Sequence record: SRR22947727_198
Length of the DNA stretch: 33,268 bases
Strand: one strand, 5' to 3'
Shown here piece after piece: positions 1 to 8,617 of the stretch. Below the pieces are notes generated by a model. That model saw only the letters and a list, made by a program, of their open reading frames with translations. It was not told the origin of the DNA and searched no databases. Numbering within the stretch: position 1 is the stretch's first letter; every line of letters starts with the position of its first letter. The position numbers were made by a program, and so were the translations under genes.

Positions 1-140
1 GCTTGATTTATGCACTGAAAAAAATTTTATATAACATTAAGATACAAGATATTATTTCTTTAAATCCAAGGTTTAATTACGAGCCTAATATTATCTGAAT
101 TAATGAATAGAAATATCACAACAAATGACAGATTTTTAAA

Positions 141-1313
141 ATGAATTTAAATAGTATTAACTTTAACTTTGATAAATTATTAAATAATTATGAGAGCGAG
201 TTAAACAACAAGCTTAGAGACTTCCAAAGTGAAAATTTAAAACTCTGGGTACCTGAAGAAAATTTACTTAAAAGCTTTTTTAATCTTGTAAGTGCTGCTA
301 ATATAGAAAGATCAAATGATTTTTCAATTGAAATTTCTAAAGAGCTTTTAAATAAAAAAAAATTAGAACCAGAAAAAATTATTGAATTATCTAAAAATTT
401 TTCAAAGATAAATTCCACCGTTAAACAAAAAAATATAATTTTTTTTTTTTCAAAAATTGATGGTAAAAAACTTAATAAATTATTAATTGAATTTTCAAGA
501 GAAAGAATTTTTAAAAATAAAAATAAAAATAAAATTTTAAAAATTGTAAAAAGAAAAGATTATTTAAATCATTCGGATATTAAAAAATTATATTATAAAA
601 AAACAAAGTCTTATTTGTTTATAAAAACAAAAAAAGAAATAATTGATAATAAGTATTATAATTATTGTGCTGAATATAAAAATTATGGATTAGCAATAAA
701 ATTAGATCCTCAAGAAAATTCAAAAATAATAGCAGTAAATTTTTATGGCACTAAGAATGTCCAGGAGATGTTTTTTTTAGACAGGTTTTGTGCAAAAATT
801 TTAAACATGCCATTTTTTGAGGTATTTGAACATGGAATTATTAAATTAGAAAAAGAATTGCGACCCAACAATATAACTAAAAAAATTAAAGGTATAATTT
901 CTCCAGTTGCAAGGTTTAAAATTTTTAATTTAATTCACCAGCTGATAAAAAAAATATGGTTTTTGCACTGCTCAAAACACGAGGTTCCTTTAAAAAATTT
1001 GTTTGATAGATATCCTTCTGATATTTGGGTTCAAATGCAATTGAATAAAAAAAATAAAATAATTGAAGAGATAATTAAAAAATTTGAAAATAAAATAAAG
1101 CTAAAAAATTTATTTTACTTTGATAGCATTAATAGTGATAATATTCGAATAACTATTGGTGTTAAACAAAAAATTGACCAAGCTAAATTAGCAAATTTAA
1201 TTTTAAGTTTTGAGAAATATATAAGACAACTTATTGATAAAAGAATTGAAGTGTTTTATAAAGAAACCCGAGATGAAAATAAACTTAGACAAAAAAATTT
1301 AATAAAGAAATAA
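141..1313 (+). CDS. Hypothetical protein with putative degenerate NifU-like architecture (IscU-like middle region, NifU C-terminal-like tail)
   Basis: 390-aa ORF with an ATG start, ending 3 bp before the radical SAM gene. LAIKLDPQENSKIIAVNFYG...FCAKILNMPFFEVFEH...LEKELR resembles the IscU/NifU-N pattern, and NIRITIGVK...SFEKYIRQLIDKRIEV resembles NifU-C. The canonical Cys ligands are absent. The CDS is secure; the function is tentative. Confidence 0.55.
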   Translation: MNLNSINFNFDKLLNNYESELNNKLRDFQSENLKLWVPEENLLKSFFNLVSAANIERSNDFSIEISKELLNKKKLEPEKIIELSKNFSKINSTVKQKNIIFFFSKIDGKKLNKLLIEFSRERIFKNKNKNKILKIVKRKDYLNHSDIKKLYYKKTKSYLFIKTKKEIIDNKYYNYCAEYKNYGLAIKLDPQENSKIIAVNFYGTKNVQEMFFLDRFCAKILNMPFFEVFEHGIIKLEKELRPNNITKKIKGIISPVARFKIFNLIHQLIKKIWFLHCSKHEVPLKNLFDRYPSDIWVQMQLNKKNKIIEEIIKKFENKIKLKNLFYFDSINSDNIRITIGVKQKIDQAKLANLILSFEKYIRQLIDKRIEVFYKETRDENKLRQKNLIKK

Positions 1314-1316
1314 AAT

Positions 1317-2453
1317 ATGTCCTCATTTGCTCAAGAACATCAAAAATTAATACTAGATGGCACAAAAATTGGTTGGCATCTTGAAAGGGTAAAAGCTTGG
1401 GAAAGAGGGGAGAGAATAGCGCCAATAACTATTGACATGGCACTTACTCGAACTTGTAATTATTCTTGTGGTTTTTGTTATGCAATGTTTCAAGAAAATT
1501 CAAGAAAGACTATCACAAAAGAAGTTATTTTTAATTTTCTAGAGGATTGTGCCGAAATAGGCGTAAAGGGAATAAGCTTTGTTTCAGACGGTGAGAGCAC
1601 TATTTCGCCAGTATTCATTGATGCATGCAAAAAGGGGCATGAACTTGGATTATCAATGGCTGTAGGAACAAATGCATTTGTTCTTACTGAAAATAAATTA
1701 GAAGAAGTTCTTCCTTATTTGACTTATCTGAGAGTTAATTTTTCTGCAGGTGAAAAAAAAAGATATGCTGAGATAATGGGATGTAAAGAATCTAGCTTTG
1801 ATCGTGTATGTGAAAATATTAAGTCAATGGTGAAGATAAAAAAAAGAGATAATTTAAAAGTCACCATAGGCATGCAAATGGTTTTAATGCCAAAAGATGC
1901 AGATCAAATCATGCCTTTAGCTCACTTAGGAAAAAAATTAAGACCTGATTATGCTATTATAAAACATTGTTCTGACAATGAAGATGGGCAATTGGGTATT
2001 GATTATAAAGAATATGAAAAGTTATTTTCTGAATTAAAAAAAGCAGAAGCACTATCAGATGAAACATATAAATGTGTCATCAAATGGTCTAAGTTAAAGG
2101 AAAATGAAGGTGGGGGTCAAATTAGATCTTACCAAAGATGCTTAGGTGCACCATTTCTTTTGCAATTGTCAGGTTCTGGTTTAGTGGCACCTTGCGGAAT
2201 GCTGTTTAATGAAAAATATAAAAAGTTTCATATTGGCAATATTGTAGAAAAAAGATTTAAAGATATTTGGAGCTCCGATCATTATTGGGAAGTCATGAAT
2301 TATCTTGCATCACCAGATTTTAATGCACAAAAAATGTGTGGAACTCTTTGTTTGCAGCACAAAGTTAATGAAGCTTTAGATGCACATTTGAAAGGAACAG
2401 CTGAAATTTCAAAACCTTCTAAAAAAGAACCCCAACACATTGATTTTATATAG
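1317..2453 (+). CDS. Radical SAM protein with C-terminal SPASM/Twitch domain
   Basis: CxxxCxxC motif (CNYSCGFC), SDGE in place of the GGE motif, and auxiliary-cluster pattern C-LGAPF...GLVAPC...IGN...F.DIW...CGTLC. Confidence 0.93.
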   Translation: MSSFAQEHQKLILDGTKIGWHLERVKAWERGERIAPITIDMALTRTCNYSCGFCYAMFQENSRKTITKEVIFNFLEDCAEIGVKGISFVSDGESTISPVFIDACKKGHELGLSMAVGTNAFVLTENKLEEVLPYLTYLRVNFSAGEKKRYAEIMGCKESSFDRVCENIKSMVKIKKRDNLKVTIGMQMVLMPKDADQIMPLAHLGKKLRPDYAIIKHCSDNEDGQLGIDYKEYEKLFSELKKAEALSDETYKCVIKWSKLKENEGGGQIRSYQRCLGAPFLLQLSGSGLVAPCGMLFNEKYKKFHIGNIVEKRFKDIWSSDHYWEVMNYLASPDFNAQKMCGTLCLQHKVNEALDAHLKGTAEISKPSKKEPQHIDFI

Positions 2454-2461
2454 ACTTTCAC

Positions 2462-3778
2462 ATGGGTCTTTTAAATTTTTTTAAAAAAAATTTTAACGAT
2501 ATAATTAGACTTGGTTCAAAAGAATTTCTTAGGAAATTAAAAATTTTTTTTAAAATATTTATAATTTCAATACCAATTTATCTAGCAAGTTTCTTTTTTG
2601 TTTTAGTTATAAGGATAATTAGCCCTGTTATTAAAATTAGGGTTCAAAGGATAATTTCACAAAGAATTGGACATTTTATTGCTGAGACAGAACTTCATTT
2701 ATGTGAAAAAAATTTAGAAAAAAAAAATAATAAAATTCAAATAGATTTTTTTTATTACGATTTATTTGTTTCAAATAAAAAAATTGATGAAATGATTAAA
2801 TCGGATCTGATTGTAGTTCCAAAAATAATTTTTAAACCTATTCATGATATAAATTTTTTAATAAACAAAATTTTAATTATTCTAGGAATAGAGAGGGATA
2901 TTAACAATTTCATAGTGCCACGACCGCAGTGTGCAGATAGAGATGTTAAAAATTTGTTAATAAAATGTTCACAGAAATTAAATTTAACTTCAGCTGATCA
3001 TATTGAGGGTGAAAAGTTTTTAAATAAACTTGGTATAATTAATAAAAAATTTGTATGTTTGGCTGTAAGAGATGATAATTATTTGAAAATTTCACAACCA
3101 AGAGGTGATTGGAAATATCATAATTTTAGAAATGGTAATATAAATGATTATTTATTAGCAGCCGAAGAACTGACAAATAGAGGCTATCATGTAATTAGAA
3201 TGGGCAAGTATGCAAAAGAAAAGTTAAAAACAAATAATCCTCTAATAATAGATTACTCATTTTCTAATTATAGAAATGATTTTTTAGATGTTTATCTTGG
3301 AGGAAATTGTAAATTTTGTATTTCAACAGGTTTTGGTTTTGATGCTATACCCTATGTGTTTAGAAAACCCATAGCTTATGTTTACACTCCTATAGGATAT
3401 CTTTTTTCATTTACGAAAAATTCAGTTGCTATATTTAAAAATTATTACAGTGAAAATAAAAAAAGATATCTTAACATTAATGAAATTTTTAATGAAGACT
3501 TAGCATTTGTATATAACGGTGAAATTTTAAAAAAAAAAAAAATCATACTAAAAGAAAATTCTCCTGAAGAGATAAAGGATTTAGCTATCGAAATGGATAA
3601 TAGACTAAATAATAATTTTAAATTGAGTATTAACGAAATAGAATTGCAAAATAAATTTTGGGCAAAATATAAATATTTAATTAAAGAAAAAAATGAAGAA
3701 CTCAAACATGGAAAAATTAATATGAAAATATGTAATAAATTTTTAAAAGATAATAAAAAAATTTTAATAGATGTCTAA
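2462..3778 (+). CDS. Putative glycosyltransferase, TIGR04372 family (copy 1)
   Basis: N-terminal hydrophobic helix, RIGHF, VCLAVRDDNYL, HNFRN, VIRMG, IIDY, DFLDVYL...CKFCISTGFG.D and ENSPEEI motifs, shared with the two paralogs at 14474 and 17724. Confidence 0.85.
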   Translation: MGLLNFFKKNFNDIIRLGSKEFLRKLKIFFKIFIISIPIYLASFFFVLVIRIISPVIKIRVQRIISQRIGHFIAETELHLCEKNLEKKNNKIQIDFFYYDLFVSNKKIDEMIKSDLIVVPKIIFKPIHDINFLINKILIILGIERDINNFIVPRPQCADRDVKNLLIKCSQKLNLTSADHIEGEKFLNKLGIINKKFVCLAVRDDNYLKISQPRGDWKYHNFRNGNINDYLLAAEELTNRGYHVIRMGKYAKEKLKTNNPLIIDYSFSNYRNDFLDVYLGGNCKFCISTGFGFDAIPYVFRKPIAYVYTPIGYLFSFTKNSVAIFKNYYSENKKRYLNINEIFNEDLAFVYNGEILKKKKIILKENSPEEIKDLAIEMDNRLNNNFKLSINEIELQNKFWAKYKYLIKEKNEELKHGKINMKICNKFLKDNKKILIDV

Positions 3779-4637
3779 AAAAAAAATATTAATAATTGGT
3801 CATTCTGGGGGACTTTCACAAGAAATAAATTATCAATTAAAAAATTTCTATAATTTAAAATTTTTAAGTAGACAACAAGTTGATGCTTTTAAAGCTTATA
3901 AAAAATATTTTAATGTAATAAAAAAGTTTAAACCAAGTTATGTTGTAAATACTGTAGCAGTTAATGGTATAAAATATTGTGAAGAAAATTCAGAAGAAGC
4001 AAACTTTGTTAATGGTTATTTGCCAAAAATAATTTACTCATATTCAAAAAAATTAGGATTTAAGTTTATACATTTTTCTTCAGACACAGTATTTAATGGA
4101 AAAGTTTTCAAAAAAAAATATCTAGATCAATCAAAACCTAAACCATTTACAGTACTTGGAAAATCTAAATACAAGTCTGAAGTTTTTTTATTAAATAAAA
4201 AAAATGTAATAATAATTAGATTACCGATGTTGTTTGGACCAAGACACAAGAAACATTTAGTTTATAAGCTTTTAATTAATTTAAAAAAAAATAAAAAGAC
4301 ATATGCTTCTACGGATGTTTATTCTACTCCAGTGTATACACCTAATTTAGTTTCATTTATTAATAAAAAAATATTTCAAAAAGATATTTTGTTTACAAAT
4401 AAATTAAAAAATAATTTAATTAATTTTTCATCGAATAAATATATATCAATATTTGGTCTGATGAAAATTTTTGCAAAATATTTAAAAAAAGAAAAATATC
4501 TGGTTTCTGTAAAAGATACATTTTTTGATGAATATTCAATAAAACCAAAATATTTAGGCTTGAAATCAAAAAATAAATATACTACACATGTGTCCTTAAA
4601 ATCATGTGTTAAAAATTTTTTAAACCAAATAAAATAA
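3771..4637 (+). CDS. RmlD-like (dTDP-4-dehydrorhamnose reductase family) extended SDR, catalytic Tyr apparently substituted
   Basis: ILIIGHSGGL Rossmann motif, CEEN.EEA..VN, IHFSSD.VF.G, IIIRLP.LFG and STPVY. The YGxSK motif reads LGKSK. Confidence 0.8.
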   Translation: MSKKKILIIGHSGGLSQEINYQLKNFYNLKFLSRQQVDAFKAYKKYFNVIKKFKPSYVVNTVAVNGIKYCEENSEEANFVNGYLPKIIYSYSKKLGFKFIHFSSDTVFNGKVFKKKYLDQSKPKPFTVLGKSKYKSEVFLLNKKNVIIIRLPMLFGPRHKKHLVYKLLINLKKNKKTYASTDVYSTPVYTPNLVSFINKKIFQKDILFTNKLKNNLINFSSNKYISIFGLMKIFAKYLKKEKYLVSVKDTFFDEYSIKPKYLGLKSKNKYTTHVSLKSCVKNFLNQIK

Positions 4638-5431
4638 TGAATATAGATGAAAAAAAAAAAATTTTAATTGAAGATGGAGTTGTTTTAACTAGAGATTTTT
4701 TTTTAGATGATGAAATTTCAAAGTTAAGAGAAGAATATGATAATTTAGATTCAAAATTAACAAATAGAGAAATATATAAAAATAAACCAATTATAGTATT
4801 CTGGAAGCACGTACAGGGAGAACAAAAGAGAATTGCAACTTTTGATGAAATTCCCTCTTTGTGGAATTTAATATTAAAAAAAATAGTTCCATTTGTTAAA
4901 GAAATTTCTGGTAAAGATCAAATACAATTGTTGGAAACAATTATTTTTAATAAACCTTATGAAAAAAGTAATACTTTACATTGGCACCAAGATGTAGCTT
5001 ATTTTCCATTGAAGCCAAATAATCAAGTAGCAGTTTGGTTTCCTCTAGAGCAAGTTAACAAACAAAGAGGAGCTTTAAACTATGCACTTAAATCACATTT
5101 AGAAGGTATAAAAGGTTCGACTGATTTACACACTAGAAAACCTTTTGATAATGAAGATAGAGAGCTTATACCAGATGACCCTTCCAAAGCTGGCTATGAA
5201 GTAAAATGTATGGAGATGTCTAATAAAGACATACTTTTGCATAATGGTTATACTTGGCATTATTCAGGGCCTAATAGTGAAGTAGGATATACAAGAAGAG
5301 GAATATCAGTACGATTTATTATCGAAAAAGCAGCATTTGACCCTAGGCCCGGGCAAGGAGCAGCATTTACAAAACAAATTACTTTGGAAGCCGGAGATGT
5401 TTTTAAAGGTGACCCATTTCCATATCTTTAA
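4637..5431 (+). CDS. Phytanoyl-CoA dioxygenase (PhyH) family 2OG-Fe(II) oxygenase
   Basis: IFNKP, LHWHQDVAYF (HxD), VAVWFPL, distal His in WHYSGPN, and RR 2OG-binding Arg. TAATG overlap with the upstream gene. Confidence 0.9.
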   Translation: MNIDEKKKILIEDGVVLTRDFFLDDEISKLREEYDNLDSKLTNREIYKNKPIIVFWKHVQGEQKRIATFDEIPSLWNLILKKIVPFVKEISGKDQIQLLETIIFNKPYEKSNTLHWHQDVAYFPLKPNNQVAVWFPLEQVNKQRGALNYALKSHLEGIKGSTDLHTRKPFDNEDRELIPDDPSKAGYEVKCMEMSNKDILLHNGYTWHYSGPNSEVGYTRRGISVRFIIEKAAFDPRPGQGAAFTKQITLEAGDVFKGDPFPYL

Positions 5432-5449
5432 ATTTTAAAAATAATTTTA

Positions 5450-5878
5450 ATGAAAAAATCTGTTGGAGCAATAATTTACTTCAAAGGTAAGTATTTGCTT
5501 CAAAAAAGAGACAATAAAAAAAATATTTTTTTCCCAGATTTTTGGGGAGTATTTGGTGGATCAGTTGATAAAAATGAAACAATTAAAAAAGCAGTTTTAA
5601 GAGAATTAAAAGAAGAAATAACTTTAGACATGAATATAGAAAAAAAAATTTTAACTAGCTTCTTTAAGTCTTATCATTTTACGAGTCAAAGAAAGAGAGT
5701 GTATTACGAATGTAGTTTTAAGACAAAAAAATTTAAGATAAAATTAAATGAAGGAGTGAGCTTTAAGTTTTTTAAAATAAATGAAGTAAAAAAACTAAAA
5801 ATAATCCCTTGGGACCTGCAAGCCTTGTTATATTTTGATTTGTTATATATAAAAAAAAAAAAACTTTTGCCACAATAA
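5450..5878 (+). CDS. Nudix hydrolase
   Basis: Nudix box G-x5-E-x7-RELKEE (GSVDKNETIKKAVLRELKEE), with YLLQKRD...W.VFGG upstream. Confidence 0.9.
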   Translation: MKKSVGAIIYFKGKYLLQKRDNKKNIFFPDFWGVFGGSVDKNETIKKAVLRELKEEITLDMNIEKKILTSFFKSYHFTSQRKRVYYECSFKTKKFKIKLNEGVSFKFFKINEVKKLKIIPWDLQALLYFDLLYIKKKKLLPQ

Positions 5879-5901
5879 ATATCAAGATATAAGGAAGTAA
5901 T

Positions 5902-6681
5902 ATGAATGTTGCTAATTTTTCAAAAAATGGGTTTATTGTTGTTAAACAAGCAATAAGCAAACTAATTTTAAAAGAACTTCAAAAAAACGCTTTTTATATT
6001 TTAAATAAACATTCACGAGTTGACTATAATTCATTTGTTAAGATAACAAAAAAAATTAATGATAATAATAAATTTAAAGTAGCCAAAAAAATACATGAAT
6101 ATTTTTTATACAAAAAAAATATTGAGAAAATTTTGCAAGAAAAGAAACTCTTAAACTGCTTGGTGAGTATTTTGGGATCAGATTTATGTTATGAGAATAA
6201 TTCTAATACAATTATTCTTAACACACCATTAAAAAATAATTTAAAAAAAAATTATATGTTTAAAGAATGGCATCAAGAAATTTGGTCTGGTGCTGATACA
6301 AATACTCTTCAGATATGGATACCACTATTTCAAAAAGATAACTCTGGAGGTCAGCTAGAGATAATAAAAGATTCGCATAGATGGGGTCATATACCTCATC
6401 ATAATAGAGAGCCGATTGATTTACCAAAAAGTTATAAAACTATTAAGACAAATTTAAAATTGGGTGATGCTTTAATTTTTTCAACAGTCTTGGTTCATCG
6501 AACGGTCTTATCTCAATTTCCTAGGTTAAGCTTACCTTTTCATGTAAGAAACTTTAAATATAAAAACATTTCATATGAGAACAACAAGAGTTGGACAATA
6601 TTTTCTCACTCCGAACTGACAAAAATTGAAAAATTTTTAGGTAATCACTATCTAAGTCCTTATAGATTAAAAAATATATAA
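5902..6681 (+). CDS. PhyH-like 2OG-Fe(II) oxygenase
   Basis: WHQEIWSG (HxE), IWIPL, GDALIF...LVHRT and RLSL motifs. AAGGA SD-like sequence at 5891. Confidence 0.85.
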   Translation: MNVANFSKNGFIVVKQAISKLILKELQKNAFYILNKHSRVDYNSFVKITKKINDNNKFKVAKKIHEYFLYKKNIEKILQEKKLLNCLVSILGSDLCYENNSNTIILNTPLKNNLKKNYMFKEWHQEIWSGADTNTLQIWIPLFQKDNSGGQLEIIKDSHRWGHIPHHNREPIDLPKSYKTIKTNLKLGDALIFSTVLVHRTVLSQFPRLSLPFHVRNFKYKNISYENNKSWTIFSHSELTKIEKFLGNHYLSPYRLKNI

Positions 6682-6719
6682 TTTATTTAAATTAATCTAA
6701 TATCTGTTATTAAATATTT

Positions 6720-7532
6720 ATGTTTCAAGATAAAAATGAAAAAAATTTATCAGAAAAATTTATAAAAGAAGGTTTTATAGTTGTAGATGTTTTAAATAAA
6801 AAATCTTTAGAATTTATAAAGAATAAAATAATTAAACTATCAGTTTTATTTTTAAAAAAAAATAAAATAAAACTATATAAAGATACCCAAAGAGATTTTT
6901 TTGATCAAATTCATAAATCGTTACCAAAAAATAAAATTAATGATTTTAGATTAAGTATTTTAAAAAATGTATTGCAAGATCAAAATATAAGAAAACATTA
7001 TTATCTGTTGGCAAAAGATTATCTTGATATTATTGTTGGTAATGAGCTTGCAATGCAACGAAGGATTAACTTAAGTGTTCAAACACCAAACGATCCAACT
7101 TCTATATTAAATATTCATACAGATGTTTGGTCTGGAGATTCACCATTTGAAGTAGTGCTGTGGATACCTCTTGTAGATTGTTTTAAGACGAAAAGGATGT
7201 TTATTGTCCCACCAAAAGATAATGAAAAAGTTTTTAGAAAAAAACTTTCTTATTTTGGAATTAAATCTACATCAGATCTTTTTAATTTTTATAAGAAAAA
7301 GATCAAATTTATAGACATTAAATATGGCCAACTATTAATTTTTAATCAAAATCTATTGCATGGCGGTGTAATTAATAAAGAAAAAACTACTAGATGGTCT
7401 TTAAATTGTAGATTTAAAAATATCTTTACTCCTTATGATGAAAAGAAATTGGGGGAGTTTTTTGAACCAATAACACTTAAACCAGCTTCTAGAGTTGGAA
7501 TTAAATATTATAACTTGTTACAAAATGACTAA
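6720..7532 (+). CDS. Sporadic carbohydrate cluster 2OG-Fe(II) oxygenase (TIGR04324-like)
   Basis: GNELAMQRRINLSVQ.P.D, IHTDVWSGDSPFEVVLWIPL, NLLHG and TRWSLNCRFK motifs. Lies directly next to a TIGR04323-like gene. Confidence 0.85.
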   Translation: MFQDKNEKNLSEKFIKEGFIVVDVLNKKSLEFIKNKIIKLSVLFLKKNKIKLYKDTQRDFFDQIHKSLPKNKINDFRLSILKNVLQDQNIRKHYYLLAKDYLDIIVGNELAMQRRINLSVQTPNDPTSILNIHTDVWSGDSPFEVVLWIPLVDCFKTKRMFIVPPKDNEKVFRKKLSYFGIKSTSDLFNFYKKKIKFIDIKYGQLLIFNQNLLHGGVINKEKTTRWSLNCRFKNIFTPYDEKKLGEFFEPITLKPASRVGIKYYNLLQND

Positions 7533-7953
7533 AATAAAAGCAAGAGGATATGTTTCAAGTTCTAAAATTAATGGTTCTTCAATTCCTCAACAAGTTCAAA
7601 ATATGGCCATAAGGGACTATTGTTTAAAAAAAGGATATGAATATATACTTAGTGCAGTTGAATATGCTACAAAAAATAGTATTTTATCTCTAACCGAAGC
7701 TTTGGAAGAAAGCTATAGTAATAGAATAATTTTTTATTCATTGCATCAACTCCCAAAAAATAAAGCTGATAGGGAAAAAATTTATAATTTAATTATTAAA
7801 AAAAAAAAAGTTGAATTTGCTATTGAAAATATTCAAATAAAAACAAAAAATAATATTAGTAATATAGAAGATATAATAAATATAGAACAAGTAATGATTG
7901 ATTATAAAAATTTTTATAAAATAAAAAGTTTAAATCAGCTTATAGATAAATGA
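7525..7953 (+). CDS. Sporadic carbohydrate cluster protein (TIGR04323/LIC12192-like), resolvase-catalytic-domain-like fold
   Basis: RGYVSS...PQQVQN..IRDYC...Y.LSAVEY motif. I prefer the ATG at 7525 (ATGACTAA overlap with the upstream stop) over the TTG at 7495. Confidence 0.8.
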   Translation: MTKIKARGYVSSSKINGSSIPQQVQNMAIRDYCLKKGYEYILSAVEYATKNSILSLTEALEESYSNRIIFYSLHQLPKNKADREKIYNLIIKKKKVEFAIENIQIKTKNNISNIEDIINIEQVMIDYKNFYKIKSLNQLIDK

Positions 7954-8612
7954 AAAAAATAAATTTTATTCAAAAAATTCACAATTCATCCAAAAGAGAT
8001 TGTCTGGGTAGAATGTTTGATGAAAAAGTGAAAAGCATGAAAACTGCAAGGAAATTTTCTAAAGATTTTTTTGATGGTGAAAGAAAATATGGATATGGTG
8101 GATATAAGTATATTCCAGGTTACTTAGAAAAAACTGCAAAAAAAATAATTAGCTATTATAAACTTAATAATAAATCTAATATTTTAGATATTGGATGTGG
8201 TAAGGGGTTCTTACTATTTGAAATAAAAAAGATACTACCTGGAATTAAAGTTAGTGGATTCGATATTTCAAAATATGCTATTAAAAATTCAAAAAAAGAA
8301 ATAAGAGAAAATCTTTTTGTTTACGATCTGAATAAAAAGTTAAATTTTGCTAAAAATAAAGAGTTTGATTTAGTTCTTTGTTTGGCAACACTTCATAATT
8401 TAAATATAAAAAGTGCATTTTCAGCGATTAAGGAAATTAATAGAGTCGGTAAAAAAAAGTATATTATGATTGATAGTTATTCAAATTTACAAGAATTATT
8501 TAATTTGCAATGTTGGGCCTTAACTGCAAATATATTTTTTTCTGATAAAGATTGGGAATGGTTTTTTAAATCAACAAATTATTCAGGAGAATATGAATTT
8601 ATTCATTTTTAA
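7950..8612 (+). CDS. Class I SAM-dependent methyltransferase
   Basis: ILDIGCGKG motif I, GFDISKYAI and FDLVLCLATLHNL. ATGA overlap with the upstream gene. Confidence 0.92.
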   Translation: MKKINFIQKIHNSSKRDCLGRMFDEKVKSMKTARKFSKDFFDGERKYGYGGYKYIPGYLEKTAKKIISYYKLNNKSNILDIGCGKGFLLFEIKKILPGIKVSGFDISKYAIKNSKKEIRENLFVYDLNKKLNFAKNKEFDLVLCLATLHNLNIKSAFSAIKEINRVGKKKYIMIDSYSNLQELFNLQCWALTANIFFSDKDWEWFFKSTNYSGEYEFIHF

Positions 8613-8617
8613 TTATT

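Noticed and set aside
2-34. Possible 3' end of an upstream gene (LDLCTEKNFI*)
   Set aside because: Only 10 codons are visible, which is too short to support.
103-2453. RiPP system (radical SAM/SPASM maturase + short peptide + ABC exporter)
   Set aside because: There is no RRE/PqqD domain, peptidase or convincing precursor, the ABC protein lacks a C39 peptidase domain, and the whole context is sugar-nucleotide metabolism.
4637-7532. 2OG-Fe(II) halogenases
   Set aside because: All three keep the Asp/Glu iron ligand (HQD, HQE, HTD) that halogenases replace with Ala or Gly.
7525-7953. Active DNA invertase or mobile element
   Set aside because: The catalytic Arg/Ser pattern and DNA-binding domain are absent, and I saw no flanking inverted repeats.
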